From positions 98,768,001-98,832,000 of the forward strand of contig NC_086097.1 of assembly GCF_963921235.1 (NCBI RefSeq): a stretch of 64,000 nt of DNA. Reading direction: 5' to 3'. This DNA is from Mobula hypostoma. Taxonomy: Eukaryota. Of the stretch, positions 25,639 through 34,745 are shown piece after piece; within the stretch, counting starts at the first letter, position 1; each line of letters begins with the position of its first letter. The notes beneath the pieces are model-generated. The model was not told where the DNA came from, did not search any database, and saw only the letters and a program-made list of their open reading frames with translations. Made by a program: the position numbers and the translations under genes.

Positions 25639-26329
25639 GTACCTCTTCCTAGAGATGCTGCCTGGCCTGCTGCGTTCACCAGCAACTTTTATGTGTGTTG
25701 CTGATCAAGAATCTATCAGCTTCTGCTTTAAATATACCCAATGACTGGCCTTCACAGCCACCCGTGGCAACAAGTTCCACAGATTCACCACCCTCTGGCT
25801 AAAGAAATCCCTTCATCTCTGTTTCAAATGGATGTCCCCCTATTCTGAGGCTGGATTTAGACTCCCCCACCATAGGAAACATTCTCTCCGCACCCACTCT
25901 ATCGAGGCCTTTCAACATTCAAATAGGTTTCAATGAGGTTCCCCCCCCAGTCTGAATTCCAGTGAGTAGAGGCCCAGAACCATCAAACATTACTCATATG
26001 ATAAGCTTTTCAGAAGGCCTTTGATAAGGTGCCACACATGAGGCTGCTTAACAAGCTACGATCCCATGGTACGACAGGAGAGATCCTAGCATGGAGAAAG
26101 CAGTGGCTGATTGGCGGGAGGGAAATAGTGGGAATAAAGGGGCTGTTTTCTGGCTGACTGCCAGTGACTAGTAGCGGTCTGTGTAGGGACCAATTCTTTT
26201 AACTTTATATGTCAATGATTTCGATGATGAAATTGATGGCTTTGTTGCAAAGTTTGCAGATGATATGATCATAGGTGGAGGGGTAGGTAGATTTGAAGAA
26301 GTAGAGAGGCTTAGACAGATCAGGAGAAT

Positions 26330-26914
26330 CTCACCTCTCCTGGAAGTTCTGAGAGTCTCCAGCATATGAATAGTGGCTTCCTGATGCCTGCAAATTATAT
26401 ACAATATCACAGAAATCAATTTTTTTGAGAGCGAGCGAGAGAGAGAAAGCAAGAGAAAGCGCGAGAGCGCCCACGAGAGACAGTGAGAGCAAGCAAGCGA
26501 GAGTGCGCGAGCGAGAGAGAAAGGAAGTGAGAGCGTGAGAGAGCGAGCGAGCGAGAGCGTGCCATGGCAGAGTGTTCCAAAAAGAGAAAATATAAAACGT
26601 ATGTCACCCCAGACTACGCTAATGTGTACCCCTGCCTAATAGGGGTCAAAATAATGACAGTGTTGCTCACTGCACTGTTTGCAACAGTGACTTTTCTATT
26701 GTCCATGGTGGGTTAAGACTGTAAAAGACATGTTGAGGTGAGTTTAACAGGTGTCATTTGTCATTAGCATAGTTAACGTTATTTAAACTAGCTGGCTAGC
26801 TGCTAAGGAGCTGCTCTATTGCAAACATCCCACCTCTCCCAGAAGTTCCGGGAGACTCCCACAAATTGATGGTGCTACCTCCCTGAAATGAGTTTTTGCA
26901 GGGTGGGATGTCTG
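26330..26914 (+). mobile_element. hAT-like non-autonomous DNA transposon with a relic zinc-finger exon and a (GA/GAGC)n tract
   Basis: Right end ggtgggatgtctg. Internal direct repeat (atcycacctctccyrgaagttcyg) at ~26329 and ~26827. 26564-26737 reads MAECSKKRKYKTY...AHCTVCNSDFSIVHGG..DCKRHVE|gtgagt with two frameshifts. Confidence 0.65.
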
Positions 26915-27260
26915 AGAATGGACCAAGAAATGGCAGGTGGAATACAGTGTCGGGAAGTGTATGGTCATGCACTTTGGTAGAAGAAATGAAAGGTTTGACT
27001 ATTTTCTAAATGGAGAGAAAATACAAAAACTAAGGCACAAAGGGATTTGGAAGTCCTCGTGCAGGATTTCCTAAGTGTTAATTTGCAGGTTGAGTCTGTG
27101 GTGAGGAAGGCAAATACAATTCATTTCAAGAGGCCTAGAATATAAAAGCAAGAATGTAATGTTGACACGAGGAATTCTGCAGATGCTGGAAATTCAAGCA
27201 ACACACATCAAATTTGCTGGTGAATGCAGCAGGCCAGGCAGCATCTCTAGGAAGAGGTAC

Positions 27261-27296
27261 AGTCGACGTTTCAGGCCGAGACCCTTCGTCAGGACT
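27261..27296 (-). ncRNA. Minimal type I hammerhead ribozyme, intact core
   Basis: Minus strand: AGUC-CUGACGA-AGGgucucggCCU-GAAA-CGUC-GACU. Confidence 0.8.
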
Positions 27297-27594
27297 AACT
27301 GAAGGAAGAGCTAGTAAGAGATTTGAAAGTGGGAGGGGGAGGGGGAGATCCGAAATGATAGGAGAAGACAGGAGGGGGAGGGATGGAGCCAAGAGCTGGA
27401 CATGTGATTGGCAAAAGGGATATGAGAGGATCATGGGACGGGAGGCCTAGGGAGAAAGAAAGGGGGAGGGAGGAAGCCCAGAGGATGGGCAAGGAGTATA
27501 GTGAGAGGGACAGAGGGAGAAAAAGGAGAGAGAGAGAGAAAGAATGTGTGTATATAAATAAATAACAGATGGGGTACAAGGGGGAGGTGGGGCA

Positions 27595-27921
27595 TTAGCG
27601 GAAGTTAGAGAAGTCGATGTTCATGCCATCAGGTTGGAGGCTACGCAGATGGAATATAAGGTGTTGTTCCTCCAACCTGAGTGTGGCTTCATCTTTACAA
27701 TAGAGGAGGCCATGGATAGACATATCAGAATGGGAATGGGACGTGGAATTAAAATGTGTGGCCACAGGGAGATCCTGCTTTCTCTGGCAGATAGAGCGTA
27801 GGTGTTCAGCTAAACGATCTCCCAGTCTGCGTCGGGTCTCGCCAGTATATAGAAGGCCATATCGGGAGCACCGGACGCAGTATATCACCCCAGTCGACTC
27901 ACAGGTGAAGTGTTGTCTCAC
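27595..27921 (-). CDS. GIY-YIG endonuclease domain fragment (Penelope-like element)
   Basis: FTCESTGVIYCVRCSRYGLLYTGETRRRLGDRLAEH; mutated relative to sister copies. Confidence 0.7.
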   Translation of the reverse strand: MRQHFTCESTGVIYCVRCSRYGLLYTGETRRRLGDRLAEHLRSICQRKQDLPVATHFNSTSHSHSDMSIHGLLYCKDEATLRLEEQHLIFHLRSLQPDGMNIDFSNFR

Positions 27922-30900
27922 CTGGAAGGACTGTTTGGGGCCCTGAATGGTGGTAAGGGAGGAAGTGTAAGGGCATGTGTAGCACTTGTTCTACTTACAC
28001 GGATAAGTGCCAGGAGGGAGATCAGTGGGGAGGGATGGAGGGGACAAATGGACAAGGGAGTTGCGTAGGGAGCGATCCCTGCGGAATGCAGAGAGGGGGG
28101 GAGGGAAAGATATGCTTAGTGGTGGGATCCCGTTGGAGGTGGCGGAAGTTACGAAGAATAATATGTTGGACCCGGAGGCTGGTGGGGTGGTAAGTGAGGA
28201 CCAGGGGAACCCTATTCCTAGTGGGGTGACGGGAGGATGGAGTGTAATGTTGAGATTTTATAAAGCACTGGTGAGGCCTTACTTGGAATATTGTGATCAG
28301 TTTTGGGGCCCCTCATCTTAGAAAGGATGTGCTGAAACTGGAGAGGGTTCAAAGGAGATTCACAAAAATGATTCCAGGATTTAACGGCTTGTCACGTGAA
28401 GAGTGTTGGATGGCTTTGGTCCTGTACTCACTAGAATGAGGGGTGACCCTATTGAAACCTATCAAATGGTGAAAGATCTTGATAGAGTGGATGTGGCAAG
28501 TATGTTTCCTATGGTGGGAGAGTTTAAGACCGGAGGACACAGCCTCAGAATAGAGGGACATCCTTTTAGGACGGAGATGAGGACGGGTTTCCTTAAGCAG
28601 AGAGTGGTGAATCCTTTGATACAGGCAGCTGTGGAGGCCAAGTCTTTATGTATATTTAAGGCAGAGGTTGATAGATTCTTGAATGGTCAGGGCATAAAGG
28701 AATACGGGGAGAAGGCAGGAGATTGGGGCTGAGAGGGAAAATGGATCAGCCATGATGAAATAGCAGAGCAGACTCGATGGACCAAATGGCCTAATTCTGC
28801 TCCTATCTCTTATGGTCTTATGGTCTTTCAATCCAGGAGTCATTTTCATGAACCTCCTCTGAACCCTCTCCAATATCAGCACATCCTTTCTTAGACATGG
28901 TCTCAAAACTTCTCACAATATTCCAGATGAAGCCTCACCAGTACCTTATAAAGCCTTAAGATTACATCCTTGCTTTTATATTCTAGTCCTCCTGAAATGA
29001 GTGCTAGCATTGCATTTGTCTTCCTCACCACCGACTCAGCCTGCAAATGAACCTTTAGGGAATCCTGCATGAGGGCTCCCAAGTCCCTTTGCACCTCAGT
29101 TTTTTGTATTTTCTCTCCATTTAGAAAATAGTCAACCCTTTCACTTTTCTACCAAAGTGCATGACCATACACTTTCTGTTACTGGATTCCATCTGCCATT
29201 TCATTGTTGATTCTCCTAATCTGTCCAAGTCCTTCTGTAGCCTCTCTGCTTCCTCAAAACTACCTGCCCCTCCACCTACCTTTGTATCATCTGCAGACTT
29301 TGTCACAAAGTCATCAATTCCATCATCCAAATCATTGACATATAATGTAAAAAGAAGCAGTCCCAACATAGACCCCTGTGGAACACCACTTGTCAATGGC
29401 AGCCAACCAGAAAAGGCTCCTTTATTCCCCCTCTTTGCCTCCTGCCAATCAGCCACTGCTCTATCCATGCTAGAACCCTTCCTGTAATACCATGGGTCTT
29501 AACTTCTGTGTGTGGCACCTTGTGAAAGGCCTTCTGAAAATCCAAGTACATAACAACCACAGATTTTCCTTTGTCTATCCTGCTTGTTATTTCTTCAGAG
29601 AAATCTACCAGATTCATCAGGCAAGATTTTCCCTTAAGGAATCCATGCTGACTTTGGCTTATTTTATCATGTACCTCCAAGTACCCTGAAACCACACTCT
29701 TAAAAATCAACTCCATCATTTTCCCAATCACTAACTGGCCTATAATTTCCTCTTTTTTTGTCTCTCTCCCTTCTTGAAGAGTGGAGTAACATTTACAATT
29801 TTCCAGTCTTCCAGAACCATGCCAGAATCCACTGATTCTTGAATGATCACCTCTAATACCTCAATGATCTCTTCAGCCACCTCTTTTGCAACTGGAGGGT
29901 GTAGACCATCCGGTCCAGGTGATTTATCTACATTCAGACCTTTCAGTTTCCCAAGCACCTTCTCCCAAGTAATGGCAACTTCACACACTTCTGCCCCCTG
30001 ACACTCTTGAACCTCAGGCATACTGCTAGTGTCTTCCACAGTGAAGTCTGATGCAAAGTATTCAGTTCATCCCACATTTCCTTGTTCCCAATTACTACCT
30101 CTATGGCATCATTCTCCAGCAGTCGATATCTACTCTTGCCTCTCTTTTACATGTTATATATCTGTAGAAACTTTTGGTATCTTTTTTAATATTATTGGCT
30201 GGTTTGCCTTCATATTCTATCTTTTCATCATTTAAAAGCTTTCTAATCCTCTAACATCTCACTAATTTTTGCTCTATTTAATGCCCTTTCTTTGGATTTT
30301 AGGTTGGCTTTTGATTTCTCTTGTCAGACATAGTTGTGTCATCCTGCCTTTAGAATACTTCTTCCTCTTTGAGATGTATTTATCTTGCGTCTTCTGAATT
30401 GCTCCCGAAATTCCAGCCATTGTTGCTCTGTCGTCATCTCTGCTAGTGTTCCCTTCCAATCAATTTAGGCAGCTCCTCTCTCATGCCTCTGTAATTCCTT
30501 TTACTCCACTTTAATACTGAAACATCTGACTTTAGCTTCTTCTTCTCAAATTGCAGGGGGAGTTCTGTCATATTATGATCACTTACCCCTTAAAGGTCCT
30601 TTACCTTAAGCTCTGTAATCATTGCACAACATCCTAACCAGAATAGCTGATACCCAGTGGGCTCAACCATGAACTGCTCTAAAAAACCATCTTGTAGGCA
30701 TTCTACAAATTCTCTTTCTTGGGATCCAACACCAACCTGATTTTTCCAATCTACCCGCAGATTGAAATTCACCATGACTACTGTAACATGATCTTTTGAT
30801 ATGTATCTTCTATCGTCCATTGTAATTTGTAGCCCAAATCTTTACTGCTGTTTGGATGGCTGTTTATAACCTCCACCTTTTTACTTTTGCAGTTTCTTTG

Positions 30901-31133
30901 CTCTACCCACAATGATTCCACACCTTCTGATTCTATGTCACCTCTTTCTAATGATGTGATTTCATTTTTTACCAACAGTGCAATGCCACTCCCTCTGCCT
31001 ACCTGCCTGTCCTTTTGATACAGTGTGTATCCTTGGACATTAACTTTCAGCTATAAACTTCTTTCAGCTATGACTCAGTGGTGCCTACAACATCATAAAT
31101 GCCAATCTGCAACTGTGCTGTAAGTTCATCGAA

Positions 31134-32383
31134 ACATAGAAACATAGAAAATAGGTGCAGGAGTAGGCCATTCGGCCCTTCGAGCCTGCACCACCATTCA
31201 GTATGATCATGGCTGATCATCCAACTCAGAACCCTGTACCTGCCTTCCCTCCATACCCCCTGATCCCTTTAGCCACAAGGGCCATATCTAACTCCCTCTT
31301 AAACATAGCCAATGAACTGGCCTCAACTGTTTCCTGTGGCAGAGAATTCCACAGATTCACCACTCTCTGTGTGAAGAAGTTTTTCCTAATCTCAGTCCTA
31401 AAAGGCTTCCCCTTTATCCTCAAACTGTGACCCCTCGTTCTGGACTTCCCTAACATCGGGAACAATCTTCCTGCATCTAGCCTGTCCAATCCCTTTAGGA
31501 TTTTATACGTTTCAATCAGATCCCCCCTCAATCTTCTAAATTCCAACGAGTACAAGCCTAGTTCATCCAGTCTTTCATCATATGAAAGACCTGCCATCCC
31601 AGGAATCAATCTGGTGAACCTTCTTTGTACTCCCTCTATGGCAAGGATGTCTTTCCTCAGATTAGGGGACCAAAACTGCACACAATACTCCAGGTGTGGT
31701 CTCACCAAGGCCTTGTACAACTGCAGTAGTACCTCCCTGCTCCTGTACTTAAATCCTCTTGCTATAAATGCCAGCATACCATTCGCCTTTTTCACCGCCT
31801 GCTGTACCTGCATGCCCACTTTCAATGACTGGTGTATAATGACACCCAGGTCTCGTTGCACCTCCCCTTGTCCTAATTGGCCACCATTCAGATAATAATC
31901 TGTTTTCCTGTTTTTGCCACCAAAGTGGATAACTTCACATTTATCCACATTAAATTGCATCTGCCATGAATTTGCCCACTCACCTAACCTATCCAAGTCA
32001 CCCTGCATCCTCTTAGCATCCTCCTCACAGCTAACACTGCCGCCCAGCTTCGTGTCATCCGCAAACTTGGAGATGCTGCATTTAATTCCCTCATCCAAGT
32101 CATTAATATATATTGTAAACAACTGGGGTCCCAGCACTGAGCCTTGTGGTACCCCACTAGTCACTGCCTGCCATTCTGAAAAGGTCCCGTTTATTCCCGC
32201 TCTTTGCTTCCTGTCTGCCAACCAATTCTCTATCCATATCAATACCTTACCCCCAATACCGTGTGCTTTAAGTTTGCACACTAATCTCCTGTGTGGGACC
32301 TTGTCAAAAGCTTTTTGAAAATCCAAATATACCACATCCACTGGTTCTCCCCTATCCACTCTACTAATTACATCCTCAAAAAA
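31134..32383 (-). mobile_element. Young 5'-truncated CR1 insertion
   Basis: Uninterrupted ORF, (TTTCTATG)n tail, and probable TSD ATCGAA at 31128-31133 and 32384-32389. Confidence 0.92.
31226..32359 (-). CDS. CR1 ORF2 reverse transcriptase, C-terminal 377 aa (partial)
   Basis: YLDFQKAFDKVPH, SGVPQGSVLGP, KFADDTK, LVRPHLEYC and TRGHSL...FFTQRVVNLWNSLP motifs with no stops. Confidence 0.9.
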   Translation of the reverse strand: MDRGEPVDVVYLDFQKAFDKVPHRRLVCKLKAHGIGGKVLIWIENWLADRKQRAGINGTFSEWQAVTSGVPQGSVLGPQLFTIYINDLDEGIKCSISKFADDTKLGGSVSCEEDAKRMQGDLDRLGEWANSWQMQFNVDKCEVIHFGGKNRKTDYYLNGGQLGQGEVQRDLGVIIHQSLKVGMQVQQAVKKANGMLAFIARGFKYRSREVLLQLYKALVRPHLEYCVQFWSPNLRKDILAIEGVQRRFTRLIPGMAGLSYDERLDELGLYSLEFRRLRGDLIETYKILKGLDRLDAGRLFPMLGKSRTRGHSLRIKGKPFRTEIRKNFFTQRVVNLWNSLPQETVEASSLAMFKRELDMALVAKGIRGYGGKAGTGF

Positions 32384-33792
32384 ATCGAACCTTATTCTGT
32401 CTACAGTGTGTATTCAAAAATAACACCTTCACTCCTGTATTCATCACCCTTTTCAATTTTGTCCTCCTTTTACATTGCAACTCATCCTGTTGACTGAAAT
32501 TTTGCTCTATCATCAGCCTGTCTTTGTTGGCAGTCTCACTACACACTGCCTCTGTTTGTAAACCAACTACCTCATCCTCAGCCCTATCACTCCAGCTCCC
32601 AACCCCAAATTAGTTTAAACCTTCCCGAACAGCTCCAGCAAAACCTGCCTGCAAGGATATTGGTCCCCCTCATGTTCAGGTCAAACGTTTTATACAGGTC
32701 ATACCTTCCCCAAAAGAGATCTTAATGATCCAGGAATCTGAACTTCTTAAAATCTGCACCATTTCCTCAGCCACGCATTCACCTGCCAAATCATCCTATT
32801 CTTACCCTCACTGGCACGTGGCACAGGCAGCAATTCAGATATTTCTACCCTGGAAGCCCTGTTTTTCAGCTTTCTACCTAACTTCCTAAATCTCTTTTCG
32901 GGACCTCCTTACCTTTCCTATCTATATCATTGGGATCAATATGTATCAAGACTTCTGGCTGGTTCATCCTCCCCCTTTAGAATGCCGTGGACCCCAGCTG
33001 AGACATCCCTGCCTCTGGTACCTGCGGGTGGGGGTGGCAAAATACTATCCAGATGTCTCTAGCTGGTCCACAGAATCTCACCCCTACCCCTCTAACTATG
33101 GAATCTCCTATCAACACTGCAGTCCTCTCCACCTCTCTGCTCGTCTGAGCCACAGTGTCGGACTCAGTGCCACAGCCCCAGTCACTGCTGTAGCTCATCC
33201 CCCTCGACAGCATCCAAACTGGTACACTCAATATTGAGGGGAGCATCCACGGGGGAACTCTACACTGACTGCCCAGTTCCCTGCCTCCTGCAGCCTTGGG
33301 TTGACTCCTTCCCGGTAGCTCCTGTCCATCTCTCCCTGAGTCTCCCATGTGAGTTGAAAGTTACTGAGCTGCAGCTCCAGTTCCTTAACTTGGAAAACTG
33401 CCGTGAAGCGCTGCCTTTTTGATCTTCAGCCACAGACACCAGAGTGAGACTGATGACTCTTCTCGTGCCCCTGCTCACCGAATACTGATTGGACACAGTC
33501 CAACTCCGAAAACTGCCATGAAGCAGTGCCTTCATAAACTCAGCGCACCTGGTACCGATGTGGCTATCCAGGAGGCTGGAAGTCTCCCAGAGCTCCCACA
33601 CGTCACACGGACCTGGAGCCATTCTTACTGCACTAACTGTGCCCGAACAGAAGAGGTGTGAAGAATAAAGACAAAGAAACTTACCAGATACTTACCTCAC
33701 CCGAGCCTGATGAGCCAAAGCCAATCCAACACTAGCCCCCTCAAACAATGGCCACTCCACTTGCCTCTGCTTTACTTTTATTCACCCTTTCT

Positions 33793-34035
33793 AATAAGAC
33801 CATAAGATATAGGAGCAGAATCAGGCCATTTGGCCCATCAAGTCTGCTGCTTCATTTCATCATGGCTGATCCATTACTGTATTCCTCTCAGCACCAGTCT
33901 CCTGACTTCCCCCTGTATCCCTTCATGCCCTGACCAATCGAGAATCTACCAGCCTCTGCTTTAACTATATATAAAGACTTAGCCTTCATAGCTGCCTGTG
34001 GCAACAAATACCACAGATTCACCTCTGGCTAGTGA
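33793..34035 (-). mobile_element. CR1 3' end fragment
   Basis: taagaccataagatataggagcagaatcaggcc is the reverse complement of the CR1 terminus. Confidence 0.8.
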
Positions 34036-34339
34036 ACCCTGTAACTGATTGGGCGCAGTCCAACTGCGAAAACTGACGCAAAGTGCTGCCTTTTTTAATC
34101 TTCAGCCACAGACTCTGAAATTGTCACTTCTTCTCATGCTGTGGGAGACATAGTGTGTGGGGAAAGGGGATGGTCACACACTGCATTCTCCAGATTGATT
34201 GATGTACATGAATAATGGACCTCTTCCCCCACCTGATTCTGGGTAATCTCACACACAGCTATAAGTCCCAACACCAGTCAAACATGAATGTTTGCTGTCA
34301 CTCAGTCAGTTCCTCAGCTGCACTGGGACTAATATATAG

Positions 34340-34745
34340 AGAGTACTAATCAGTGAGTAATATACTGGGATTCATGTACTGGGAGTAATGCACCTGGAGT
34401 AACACAACTAGAGTAGTTTTCTGGCAGTAACACACTGGCAATAATATACTGAGCGTAATATAGTGAGAATAATATACTGAGATTAATAAACTGAGAGTAA
34501 TATACTGGGAGTAATTTACAGGGAGCTATATGCTAAGTGTAGTATACTGAGTATAATATACTGGCAGTAATATACCACTATTGATATACTGGGAGTTATA
34601 TGCTGGGAGTAATATACTGGGAGTTATATGCTGGGAGATATATGCTAAGTGTAATATACTGAGAATAATATACTGGCAGTAATATACCAATATTGATATA
34701 CTGGGAGTTATCTGCTGGGAGTAATGTATTGAGAGCAATGTATTG
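34340..34745. repeat. Degenerate 14-bp tandem repeat
   Basis: Unit approximately GAGTAATATACTGG repeated with variants. Confidence 0.85.

Larger units (their letters stand above)
24424..25702. mobile_element. Penelope-like (Neptune) insertion with inverted arms: minus arm ~24424-24997, plus arm ~24998-25702
   Basis: The plus arm encodes GIY-YIG (VIYCIQCSRCGLLYIGETRRRLGDRFAEH). The arms are reverse complements over ~500 bp. ATCAAGAATCT flanks both sides (24409-24419, 25704-25714). Confidence 0.9.
27166..28242 (-). mobile_element. Penelope-like (Neptune) element, 5'-truncated
   Basis: Linker RVPLVLTYHP...AFRRDRSLRNSLV, Cys knuckle CK*NKCYTC and GIY-YIG (27595-27921). TSD TGTAATGTTGA at 27155-27165 and 28243-28253. 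Confidence 0.92.
26012..28825 (+). mobile_element. 5'-truncated CR1 inserted into the minus-strand CR1, itself interrupted by hAT-like and Penelope elements
   Basis: QKAFDKVPHMRLL, KFADD, YKALVRPYLEYC and RGDPIETY motifs, with a (TCTTATGG)n tail. Confidence 0.85.
25704..34140 (-). mobile_element. Near full-length decayed CR1 LINE carrying several nested insertions
   Basis: RT fragments (SGVPQGSMLG, SADDTK, QHGFLKGKSC), endonuclease region, ORF1 esterase motif LIGDSIVRG (32977-33348) and 5' UTR. The sequence broken at 26011 (aagcttttca) resumes at ~28826 (tttcaatcc). Confidence 0.8.

Noticed and set aside
27960..28010. In-frame stop in the Penelope Cys knuckle as recoding (selenocysteine)
   Set aside because: It is TAG at a position that is CGG (Arg) in the 39.67-kb copy, i.e. 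CpG decay, not UGA at a Cys position.
31614..32318. Plus-strand ORFs of 93 and 134 aa
   Set aside because: Antisense shadows of the CR1 reverse transcriptase frame.
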